The notes under the pieces were generated by a model. The model searched no databases. It saw only the letters and a program-made list of their open reading frames with translations, and was not told where the DNA came from. Source: Anaerohalosphaeraceae bacterium (GTDB taxonomy: Bacteria > Planctomycetota > Phycisphaerae > Sedimentisphaerales > Anaerohalosphaeraceae). From it: 64,000 nt of DNA. The DNA lies in assembly GCA_963675525.2 (NCBI GenBank), contig CAXXSL010000018.1, positions 1-64,000 on the forward strand. Reading direction: 5' to 3'. Made by a program: the position numbers and the translations under genes. This document shows, in pieces, positions 50,773 to 59,874 of this stretch; positions within the stretch are counted from its first letter, which is position 1, and every line of letters starts with the position of its first letter.

Positions 50773-52209
50773 TTACGCCTTTTGTTTTTCGAAATACCAG
50801 CCGTCCCGATAAGGCGGGTTGACATACTTATTCAATTCCGGAATATTAGTTACCTCCATTTTATCACCATCCCACAAAATCTTTTCACCCGGCCTAAACA
50901 GGGACAGATTGCCCATCAGTACCATTTCGGTAAACGGTCCGGCATAGTCAAAGTTCGAACTGGATTGACGTCCTTCCTTAATGGCATTAATCCAGTCCAT
51001 TTCATGGCTTGTCTTGATACGGGAAATCGTCGGCTCCGGTTTTTCATAGGCTTTCATCTTTGCATAAGGGATTAACTGGGGACTTTCAGCGTAGCATCCA
51101 CACATCAGCTTTCCCTTATCACCCACGAAGATAACGCCGTTTCCGTCCGTTCCCATACGCCGGCCTTCTTCCAATTCATCCGGGCGTTCCGGCAGCAAAC
51201 CGCCGTCATACCAGTGGACCTTTACTTCCGGCATCGTCTCCCGTGCGGGGAATTCAAAATGAATCTTTGAACCAAGCGGGTAGGACTCCCCAACCTCCAG
51301 CCTTTTCCTTTTTTCAACAACATTCACTACATAGCTGCCCTGCACACTGGTCGGATATTTCAAATTTAATGCCCAGAACACCGGGTCCAGGACATGACAG
51401 GCCATGTCCCCCAACGCCCCGGTCCCGAAATCAACCCACGCCCTCCAATTCCAGGGATGATAGGCCGGATGATAAGGCCGCTGCGGGGCCGGACCAAGCC
51501 ACAAATCCCAATCCAGCGTTGCCGGTACCGCAGGGGTATCCGTCGGACGAAGCAGTCCCTGCGGCCATATCGGACGGTTTGTCCATGCATGGACCTCACG
51601 AACATCACCAATGGCGCCATCCCAGATCCATTCACAGATACGGCGGATATCATTGCTGCTGTGTCCCTGATTGCCCATTTGCGTGACAACGCCGTATTTA
51701 CGAGCCGCTTCAGTCAGCAAACGCGCTTCATAAACCGAATGCGTCAGCGGCTTTTGGACATAAACGTGTTTGCCGCAACGCATGGCCTCCATCGCGATAC
51801 AGGCATGGGTATGGTCTGGCGTGGCGATAATTACAGCGTCAATCTTGTCCCCCATCTCATCCAGCATGACACGATAATCTTTATACCGCTTGGCCTCAGG
51901 ATATTCGTCAAAGGTTTTTTTAGCATAGTCCCAGTCTACGTCGCACAGTGCGACGATATTTTGAGAGTTGGGGTCCGGCCAGGCACCCTCTTTATTCCGG
52001 TCGCTAAGCGGCAAACAGACTGCTCTCAGATTGCCTTTTCCCATACCGCCAACGCCAATGCCGGCAATATTCAATTTGCCGCTTGGCGGGGTTGTCCCAT
52101 TGCGGCCCAGTACATGGCCGGGCAAGATCGAAAAAGCTGCGATACCGGCGCCGGCCGTCTTGAGGAAGCTACGCCGATCCAATTTTGTCACCTTATGGTT
52201 TTTCATCAT
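50773..52209 (-). CDS. Tat-exported Gfo/Idh/MocA oxidoreductase
   Basis: DRRSFLK, GIGVGGMG, TPDHTH, VQKPL, QMGNQGHS, GDMACH. Confidence 0.92.
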   Translation of the reverse strand: MMKNHKVTKLDRRSFLKTAGAGIAAFSILPGHVLGRNGTTPPSGKLNIAGIGVGGMGKGNLRAVCLPLSDRNKEGAWPDPNSQNIVALCDVDWDYAKKTFDEYPEAKRYKDYRVMLDEMGDKIDAVIIATPDHTHACIAMEAMRCGKHVYVQKPLTHSVYEARLLTEAARKYGVVTQMGNQGHSSNDIRRICEWIWDGAIGDVREVHAWTNRPIWPQGLLRPTDTPAVPATLDWDLWLGPAPQRPYHPAYHPWNWRAWVDFGTGALGDMACHVLDPVFWALNLKYPTSVQGSYVVNVVEKRKRLEVGESYPLGSKIHFEFPARETMPEVKVHWYDGGLLPERPDELEEGRRMGTDGNGVIFVGDKGKLMCGCYAESPQLIPYAKMKAYEKPEPTISRIKTSHEMDWINAIKEGRQSSSNFDYAGPFTEMVLMGNLSLFRPGEKILWDGDKMEVTNIPELNKYVNPPYRDGWYFEKQKA

Positions 52210-52246
52210 TCAATTCCTAGAGAAATCTTTATAGTTGGCGCCATGT

Positions 52247-52999
52247 TCACTCATCCAACGGGCGAATCCAGATGTTACGGAATCGCATCGGATTGCCATG
52301 ATCCTGAAGCTTTAAAGGCAGTTTTTTGGCATGGGGTTCATAATGAGACCGGACTTTGTGAAATGTCGTCCCTTCGATCTGCCAATGGTCCTGTACCAGC
52401 ACCCCATTCTGTAAAACCGTAACCACAGCAGGTTTTACGACTTGATCAGCCTCAAAGACAGGCGCATGGAAGATAATATCGTATGTCTGCCATTGACCGG
52501 GTTTTTTGCAGACATTGACCAAGGGCGGCTTTTGCCCATAGATCGCGGCCGCCTGACCGTCAGCATAGGTGACATTATCATAACAATCCAATACCTGTAC
52601 CTCATACTTGCCCATCAGGAATACACCACTGTTCCCGCGCCCCTGACCATCCCCCTTCACCTCATCCGGTGTACGCCATTCTATGTGCAGCTGACAGGAA
52701 CCAAAGGATTGGCGGGTTTCAATATCGCCGGTTTTCGGTACCACCTCCATGAAATCATCCTGCACTTTCCATTTCGCATCGCCGCCGTCATTTAAGCTTT
52801 TCCAGGCGGACAAATTGCTTCCGTCAAACAGCACAATCGCATCAGAAGGCGGATCATTGTCGGTTTGACCCGGTGTGACAACCGGCGGAACCGGACGTGA
52901 TTCATCATGGACGGCCCACTGATAAGACTGTTCTGCTGCACATGCAATAACAGCAAGAATACTGATGACCAAGATGCTTCGGGTAATGATCGTCTTCAT
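52247..52999 (-). CDS. Secreted DUF1080 protein
   Basis: PPSDAIVLFDG, GRGNSGVF, WQTYDI.F, LQDHGNP.RFRNIWIR. Confidence 0.92.
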   Translation of the reverse strand: MKTIITRSILVISILAVIACAAEQSYQWAVHDESRPVPPVVTPGQTDNDPPSDAIVLFDGSNLSAWKSLNDGGDAKWKVQDDFMEVVPKTGDIETRQSFGSCQLHIEWRTPDEVKGDGQGRGNSGVFLMGKYEVQVLDCYDNVTYADGQAAAIYGQKPPLVNVCKKPGQWQTYDIIFHAPVFEADQVVKPAVVTVLQNGVLVQDHWQIEGTTFHKVRSHYEPHAKKLPLKLQDHGNPMRFRNIWIRPLDE

Positions 53000-53001
53000 C
53001 C

Positions 53002-55872
53002 TTATTTCCTTTTCTTTTCAAGCAATTCTGCGGCTTTATTTTTTATAACCTCATTGGTACTGGTATTCTTTAAATTCTGCAGAACAGATTTGGCCGCTGA
53101 AGGATTTTGTGTCAGCAGCTTTTCACATATTTGCAGGAGGCTTGCCTCCGCTTCCGCTTTTAAAGCCGGATCATCAAGCTTATCCTTAACGAAAGACAGC
53201 GCCCGGATATTTCCGTAATGACCGAGTACGCCAATCACGATCTTCTGTTCGTCCGGTCGCTCGGCCAATGAATATGCGGCAATTAACTTGTTGACTACCT
53301 GCTGTGGATCCTCGTCAACGGAAGTCTCTAACGCCTGAATATAGGCACGAAACGCCAATACCTTTGTTTTGGTATCCGATCCGGAGCGAGCCAACACTTT
53401 CATTTCTTTGATGAAATCATTTCCCGGCCAGTCGGTCATTGCCCGAAATGCTGCTCCGCTTAATTTTTTGTTTGATGAAGCATATTCGGTCTTCAACAAC
53501 TCAATTGTATCCTTTTGGCCCAACTTGCCCATCACTCGCAGAAGAGACACTTTGGCGTCCTCATTATCTGTAATTGCTGAATATTTATTCATAATCATTG
53601 CGGCAAGCGCGTCACGATTTGGCATTTTTTCGGCAATGACGAGCAATGCATTTTCTGTGTTTGTTGCCGGTCTGGAAATCACCAGATCGACCAACGCTTC
53701 GGCATGTTTCGGCCCGGCCAGCGATTGAATTGCTCGAACGGATTCGGAAGAAATTCTCTGGTTATCGGTTTGGGCCGTTTGAAACAGTACGTCTGGTGCA
53801 CCTTCAATCTGTCGGCTCACGGTTGCTTTTATCAATTCGACAACACCCTTTTCATCAAGCCCTCCCTTTGGTGAATCACCAATCTTTTTCAGAATGGCCG
53901 TATCAATTTCTTTACCGGGAATTTGGTATAACGCCTTCTGTGCCGCGGTACGCTCATCGCGATCCGGCGCCATCCCGGCGGACATGGCGAGAATTTCGAT
54001 GTCCGAGGCATTGCCGGTTTTGGCCAGCGCCTTGAAAGCGGCAATTCTCATGGACGACTGATCGCTGTTTACCATTTGCAGCGCCATCGCCCTGCCCGCT
54101 TCCCGCGACTTATCAGACAGAACCGATAATAGCTGGATTTGTACTGTTTGGGGCATCGTGGACGCATCTGCGGCAATGGATTCCAAAAACGGATTATTAT
54201 TAATATATCCCAGGGACTGGATCGCCGCCGTACGTACTTTCACATCTTCTCCCCGGATGGCATTTGATAACAGCGTCTGAATGTTCGTTGCATCGGCCTT
54301 GGCCAGGCCCGTCAGCGCGGCGGCGCGGATAACCGGCGGATTCCCCGCCTGATACAGCTTTTGATAGATTGCATTCGCCTGCTGTTTTTGGCCTGTCTTG
54401 CATAGGGCCTCTGCACACATCAGAAGTGCATCGGCGCAACGTTCTTGAGCGGAACCGGCTAAATCGGTTTTGATACGAAACAATTCGTCGGTCGATGCTT
54501 CCGACCCGAGCATCCCTAAGGCCCTGAAAAATGCAGCGCTGACTTGTTCATCATTTTCTGCCGTCGTTAAAAATATTTCACGCGACAGGGAAACAACACG
54601 TTCACTCTTGCGATCACCGAGTGTTGTGAGAATGCCGATTAAAACATGTTTATTCTTCGTTGCTTTGGCCGTCTTTACGAAAACGTCGTCTACGGCCTGC
54701 CCGGGTATCTTTTCTAATGCATAACGGGCGATATTGGTTGTTTCGGGGTCTGCCAGCATTTCGGATAAAACCGGTACTGACTTTTCCGTTCCGATCACGG
54801 CCAGTTGTCGGCAGATAAAATCCTTAGCCGCCGGCGACACATCGGTATCCAGTTGCGCCAGCAGTTTGCCTTCAATAACGCCGAGTGCTTTTTCATCGTT
54901 AAAATGCGACCGAATCAAAGCCTGAATTTGGATTAAAGCCGCGCGGCTCTTGTTCCAGTCATATTCATCAAGCTGTGTGATCAGGTTATCCAACGCATTG
55001 ACATCGAACAGATGTGAACCGGCCTTAATGGGACTGTCGTCCACCTTCAAGTCACCCATAGCATACTGGATGCCGGCCAGGTAATGTGCCAGCACGGCCG
55101 GATTCCAGGTAACCGCATTGTCATGGCCCAGGGAACAATAAAACAGCCGCCCACTTCCGACGGGTTTAATCCAACTAATGCCGGTATCCATATCATCCGG
55201 CTCAACCCCCTCGGCATTACGCGTCGTCGGATCAGACATATCCAGGCTCATCAATACGCGCTGTTTGTCGCGGGAATAAAGCGGCGGTGCGGTGCGGTAA
55301 ATCTCATCCTTGATCTTAAATCCCTGCCCTTCAAATGATTTCACGAGTGGATGGTCCGGATCGTCTATCTTGATGGCCCATGTGCCGCTGCCGACCCACG
55401 GGTGGCCCTTGAACACCCCTCCCATCATTTCCATGCCTGCGGGCCATTCATTAAAGTTATCCGTGGCCGCATGGATACCGACGATTCCCTTGCCGCTCTT
55501 GATAAAATTCATGATTGCCTGCTGCTGTTCGTCATTCGGCACCAGTCCGGTTGTATTGTTAAAGCAGATCACATCGAAGCGTTTCAGCGACTCGGGTGTA
55601 AAGACACTCATATCATCGCTGTGAACAACCTTGAAAGCACCGGTCTTTTCGCCCATCACATCCAGCGCCTTGGTCCAATAGGGAATCGAACTATGCTTGA
55701 AGCCATTGCATAAACTAAAGACCAGCATTGTCCGCGGTTTAACCGAATGGACGATCGGTTTATCCGGCATGGCTTGCTGTATTTTCTGAACTTCCGGATC
55801 TGTAACGGCCAAGGTAAGTGTTGCTGTTAAGAGTATAAAAAGTACAAAAAACTTTATGTAATTGTGCATCAT
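53002..55872 (-). CDS. Secreted ThuA-like domain fused to HEAT repeats
   Basis: GFKHSSI, NNTTG, GIHAATD, HPW, DEIY, YCSLGH; then repeated ARYALE / RAAAL / RIAAF helical units. Confidence 0.85.
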   Translation of the reverse strand: MMHNYIKFFVLFILLTATLTLAVTDPEVQKIQQAMPDKPIVHSVKPRTMLVFSLCNGFKHSSIPYWTKALDVMGEKTGAFKVVHSDDMSVFTPESLKRFDVICFNNTTGLVPNDEQQQAIMNFIKSGKGIVGIHAATDNFNEWPAGMEMMGGVFKGHPWVGSGTWAIKIDDPDHPLVKSFEGQGFKIKDEIYRTAPPLYSRDKQRVLMSLDMSDPTTRNAEGVEPDDMDTGISWIKPVGSGRLFYCSLGHDNAVTWNPAVLAHYLAGIQYAMGDLKVDDSPIKAGSHLFDVNALDNLITQLDEYDWNKSRAALIQIQALIRSHFNDEKALGVIEGKLLAQLDTDVSPAAKDFICRQLAVIGTEKSVPVLSEMLADPETTNIARYALEKIPGQAVDDVFVKTAKATKNKHVLIGILTTLGDRKSERVVSLSREIFLTTAENDEQVSAAFFRALGMLGSEASTDELFRIKTDLAGSAQERCADALLMCAEALCKTGQKQQANAIYQKLYQAGNPPVIRAAALTGLAKADATNIQTLLSNAIRGEDVKVRTAAIQSLGYINNNPFLESIAADASTMPQTVQIQLLSVLSDKSREAGRAMALQMVNSDQSSMRIAAFKALAKTGNASDIEILAMSAGMAPDRDERTAAQKALYQIPGKEIDTAILKKIGDSPKGGLDEKGVVELIKATVSRQIEGAPDVLFQTAQTDNQRISSESVRAIQSLAGPKHAEALVDLVISRPATNTENALLVIAEKMPNRDALAAMIMNKYSAITDNEDAKVSLLRVMGKLGQKDTIELLKTEYASSNKKLSGAAFRAMTDWPGNDFIKEMKVLARSGSDTKTKVLAFRAYIQALETSVDEDPQQVVNKLIAAYSLAERPDEQKIVIGVLGHYGNIRALSFVKDKLDDPALKAEAEASLLQICEKLLTQNPSAAKSVLQNLKNTSTNEVIKNKAAELLEKKRK

Positions 55873-55916
55873 GCCACCTCGTTTTATCAAATCGAATATA
55901 CCTTTTTTTATTCCGT

Positions 55917-57230
55917 TCACAATTGCCAGGGACCACGATAAGAACGCATCAAATAACGGCTTGCTTCTTCGTCTCCAACAAATTCTTCTTTTTCAGGATT
56001 CCACTTTAATTGACGCCCTGTCAACATCGCGATTTCTCCCAGGAGACCCACACTGATAGAACGATGGGCCACCTCGGCAGGGGTAATTGTTTCTCTGCGT
56101 GATTTAACACAATCAATAAAATTCCTGTGGTGATTGTCGCTTTTGTATAGCTGTATTTCGTCAGGCCCAATCACTTCACGAAGTATATTTGTATTGGAAG
56201 CCTGCAGTCCTGCCCGATTGACATGAACCCACCCCTGGTCCCCATACCAGCAGGTTCCCATTCCGTGTGGCTGTTTAGATGCATTTGCTACACGAATTGT
56301 TATTCCATTTTCATAGGTGCACATAAAATTATATGCATAAGGGACATCATAAATCCCATCTTCGGGATACTCGCCTTTGCCCTCGATCTCTACAGGTCCG
56401 GTCCGGTCCAATCCCAACCCCCAATGAGCCACATCAATATGATGACCCGCCCAATCCGTTAACTGTCCGCCTGAATAGTCCATGATCCACCGCCAGTCCC
56501 AGTGAACCCCCTGTCTGCCAAAATCCTGGTAAGGACGCCACGGAGCTGACCCCAGCCACATGTCATAATTGAACGTGTCCGGCACGGAAAGAAACTGCAC
56601 ATCCGGGCCTCGCCGATCCCCGTCCGGCAATCCGACTTCGACATGCTTGACATTTCCAATGCGTCCATTGCGAACCAGTTCTGCGGCTCGATGGAAATTG
56701 GAAACCGATCGCTGCCAACTGCCCGTCTGCCATATCGTGCCATACCGTTTCACCGCATCACAGATTGCCCGCCCTTCATAAATCGATCGTGCCAGCGGCT
56801 TTTCCCCGTACATATCAATTCCCTTACGGGTACATGCTACGGCAACGGAAGCATGCCAGTGGTCCGGTAGTCCATGACTGGCAATATCAACCTCTTCTTT
56901 ATCGAGAAGTTCTCGATAATCCTGGTAAATCCGACAATCATTATTACCGTATCGATTGTCAACGTTCCTTTTTTGTTCGTTAGCGCGATTTAAATCGACA
57001 TCGCAAACCGCAACGACCTGTAATTCAGAACCCAATCCTAAAAAAGAATTTAAATTGGCGCTGCCCATCGACCCGCAGCCAATCTGAGCCATCGTAAGAC
57101 GATTACTGGGAGCAATTGTCCCGGCTTTGCCTAAGGCAGAAGAACGAATAATATAAGGAAAGCCAACCACACCTGCGGTCACAGCCATTGTCTTTTTCAA
57201 AAACATCCGTCGGTTGACCGTTTTTCTCAT
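55917..57230 (-). CDS. Tat-exported Gfo/Idh/MocA oxidoreductase (close paralog of 32548..33888)
   Basis: NRRMFL, LPDHWH, GEKPL, QTGSWQRS, TDWAGHHID. Confidence 0.92.
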   Translation of the reverse strand: MRKTVNRRMFLKKTMAVTAGVVGFPYIIRSSALGKAGTIAPSNRLTMAQIGCGSMGSANLNSFLGLGSELQVVAVCDVDLNRANEQKRNVDNRYGNNDCRIYQDYRELLDKEEVDIASHGLPDHWHASVAVACTRKGIDMYGEKPLARSIYEGRAICDAVKRYGTIWQTGSWQRSVSNFHRAAELVRNGRIGNVKHVEVGLPDGDRRGPDVQFLSVPDTFNYDMWLGSAPWRPYQDFGRQGVHWDWRWIMDYSGGQLTDWAGHHIDVAHWGLGLDRTGPVEIEGKGEYPEDGIYDVPYAYNFMCTYENGITIRVANASKQPHGMGTCWYGDQGWVHVNRAGLQASNTNILREVIGPDEIQLYKSDNHHRNFIDCVKSRRETITPAEVAHRSISVGLLGEIAMLTGRQLKWNPEKEEFVGDEEASRYLMRSYRGPWQL

Positions 57231-57350
57231 AAGTTAAATCCTGAATTCATTTTATCAATCGTTGGTTTTATAGACAAGAACTCCGTAAACGACTATTTTA
57301 TTTCAGCGTTCGCAGTAAACGCTTTTTCACGAGGATTATCGTACCCATTA

Positions 57351-58340
57351 TTATCCAAAGGCATCATCGAACTGAACATTGGATGGCGCAAAGTCAACTT
57401 GCTTCACAAAATCGCAAGCTTCCGCCGCACCATGCATACGATCCATTCCACAATCTTCCCATTCGACTGACAGAGGACCCGTATAGCCGATTTGGTTTAA
57501 GGTACGAATAATCTCCTCAAAATCCACTCCGCCGTGCCCCAGTGACCGGAAATCCCATCCACGATTTGGCTTTCCAAAATTCAAATGCGACCCCAGAATA
57601 CCGGTATAACCGTCCAGTTGAAGCGCCGCGTCTTTCATGTGAACATGATATATGCGGTCTGGAAACTCTTTCAAAAATCGAACCGGATCGACCATCTGCC
57701 AGTGCAAGTGACTCGGGTCAAAATTGAAACCAAATGCCTCACGATGCCCAACAGCCTCCAATGCCTTTTTAGCGGTCACAATATCGAATGCGATCTCGGT
57801 CGGGTGAACTTCCAACGCAAACTTCACATCGTTTTCATCAAAAACATCCAGGATCGGATTCCACATTTCAGCGAAGTACTTGAACCCATCATCAATCATC
57901 TGATCAGTCACCGGTGGGAAACTGTAAAGCATATGCCAGATACTTGAGCCGGTAAATCCATTGACGACTTTAATGCCCAGATTTCCGGCCGCCTTTGCAG
58001 ATGCTTTCATCGCACCCACTGCCCAGGCTCGTTTCTTTTCGGCATCGCCCGCGCAATCAGCCGGCGCAAACATATCGGAGCGAGAGTCATTATTCAGATC
58101 ACACACCAACTGGCCGGCCAGGTGATTGCTGATCGCAAACAACTGAAGATTGTTTTTTTTCAGAATCGCTTTCTGCCGATCGCAGTAATCCATATTCTCG
58201 GCGGCTTTGAATACATCCATATGATCGCCCCAACAGGCCAGTTCCAAGCCATCGTAACCCATTTCAGCCATTTTTTGAGCCAGTTCTTCGAGCGTTAAAT
58301 CCGCCCACTGGCCGGTAAACATCGTTACAGGTCGTGCCAT
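57351..58340 (-). CDS. Cytoplasmic sugar phosphate isomerase/epimerase-family TIM barrel
   Basis: LFTGQWADL-like start, LELACWGDH, ALEVHPTEIA, NFDPSH, HMKD, SVEWED. Confidence 0.9.
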   Translation of the reverse strand: MARPVTMFTGQWADLTLEELAQKMAEMGYDGLELACWGDHMDVFKAAENMDYCDRQKAILKKNNLQLFAISNHLAGQLVCDLNNDSRSDMFAPADCAGDAEKKRAWAVGAMKASAKAAGNLGIKVVNGFTGSSIWHMLYSFPPVTDQMIDDGFKYFAEMWNPILDVFDENDVKFALEVHPTEIAFDIVTAKKALEAVGHREAFGFNFDPSHLHWQMVDPVRFLKEFPDRIYHVHMKDAALQLDGYTGILGSHLNFGKPNRGWDFRSLGHGGVDFEEIIRTLNQIGYTGPLSVEWEDCGMDRMHGAAEACDFVKQVDFAPSNVQFDDAFG

Positions 58341-58370
58341 ATCAACATCTCCTTGATCTATTCTTTGGGT

Positions 58371-59558
58371 TTACTTTTTAAATTGAGTCCATTTCTGTTT
58401 ACTCTTGGCGCTGGCAACCAGCGTCTCCAAAAACAGCATGCCGCGCAAACCATCTTCCACATTCGGGAAATCCAGCATCAACGCGTCCGGTTTGACACGC
58501 ATGATGCGAGCCTTCACCGTATCGGTAAAATTACGATAAATATTCGCCATCGCCTCAAAGAACGCTTCTGGGTGTCCGCTTGGCAGCCGTGTTGCACGAC
58601 CGGCAGCCTGGCTGTAATCGCCGATATACGCATTGCCGCGTTTCCATGTTTGCATCGCCCCGTCCTGCGATTTGACATAGAGATAATTCGGATGTTCCTG
58701 ATGCCATTCCAGGCCGCCCTTTTCGCCGTAAACCCAAATAGCCAGATCATTTTCTTCTCCAACGGAAATCTGACTGGCATGGAGGACTCCGCGAGCACCA
58801 TTATTATACTTAACAAGACAGTTGACGTCATCATCCAGCTTGCGACCCTTAACAAATGATGTCAGTTCGGCACAGAGATGGGTCATCTTCAAGCCGGTAA
58901 TGTATTCGGCCAGATTTTCAGCATGGGTACCGATGTCGCCTCCGCAGCCGGAAGCCCCGCTTTGTTTCGGGTCCGTACGCCAGGAGGCCTGCTGTTGACC
59001 GGTTTTTTCCAGAGCGGTGGATAACCAGCCTTGTGGATACTGGACAACAATCTTGCGAACTTTCCCAAGCTCACCATTTTTAACCATGTCTTTGGCCAGC
59101 TTCACCATTGGATAACCGGTGTAATTATGCATTAAGCCAAAGACGCGGCGTGTTTTTTTGGCAATTTTAACCAGAGCACGCGCTTCCTTCGTTGTCAGCG
59201 TCATCGGCTTTTCGCACATGACATGAAACCCCGCTTCGAGAAGGTCTTTTGCGATCGGGAAATGCCAATTATTCGGTGTGCATACCGTCACGAAGTCCAT
59301 GCGCTCACCATCAGGAAGTTGGATCTCTTTTTCGATCATTTCCTTATAGTCTTTATAAACACGTTTAGGGTTGAGATTCAGCTCTCTCCCCATTTGTTTA
59401 GATTTGCGCGGATTGATGTCGAACGCACCCCCAACAATTTCGATTTGACCATCCATTCGGGCGGCCTTGCGGTGCACATCACCAATGAATGCACCCGGAC
59501 CACCTCCAACCATCCCCATTTTCAGCATTCTGCCAAGATTCATGCCGACCCCTTTCAT
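58371..59558 (-). CDS. Cytoplasmic Gfo/Idh/MocA oxidoreductase
   Basis: GMVGGG.GAFIG.VH, TPN..H, CEKP, NYTGYPMV, GDIGTHA, PSGHPE; no Tat motif. Confidence 0.92.
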   Translation of the reverse strand: MKGVGMNLGRMLKMGMVGGGPGAFIGDVHRKAARMDGQIEIVGGAFDINPRKSKQMGRELNLNPKRVYKDYKEMIEKEIQLPDGERMDFVTVCTPNNWHFPIAKDLLEAGFHVMCEKPMTLTTKEARALVKIAKKTRRVFGLMHNYTGYPMVKLAKDMVKNGELGKVRKIVVQYPQGWLSTALEKTGQQQASWRTDPKQSGASGCGGDIGTHAENLAEYITGLKMTHLCAELTSFVKGRKLDDDVNCLVKYNNGARGVLHASQISVGEENDLAIWVYGEKGGLEWHQEHPNYLYVKSQDGAMQTWKRGNAYIGDYSQAAGRATRLPSGHPEAFFEAMANIYRNFTDTVKARIMRVKPDALMLDFPNVEDGLRGMLFLETLVASAKSKQKWTQFKK

Positions 59559-59874
59559 GAAATGAAATGTTGTGTTAAATTCATTCTCGATAAATACCTA
59601 CAAGGAACAGTTATCTTATTGCAACTGACAAATACAAACAAGCAAAAAACCCAAGATCCAATCGGCCATAAATTCACACTACGGATTAGCTGTCTAAAAG
59701 TGTATCGCTGGCGCGCAAGGAATGTTCGTTAGGGGTAGGGAATGTCGTGATTCCGAGTGATTCCTGTTTGTTTCTTTTATAGAATAGGATACCTGGGGGC
59801 AACCAGTCGCTGACCAATCCGCTCGTCAGACAATAAAACAATCAGGGTGCCCGCCTGGAAACAGATTCCTGTAT

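Noticed and set aside
58940..58965. SGAS as an ApbE flavinylation site
   Set aside because: It lies in a cytoplasmic Gfo protein with no export signal and lacks the upstream Asp context.
28256..59600. Genomic island integrated at tRNA-Arg
   Set aside because: Codon style shifts after the tRNA, but I saw no integrase and no duplicated tRNA 3' end in the window.
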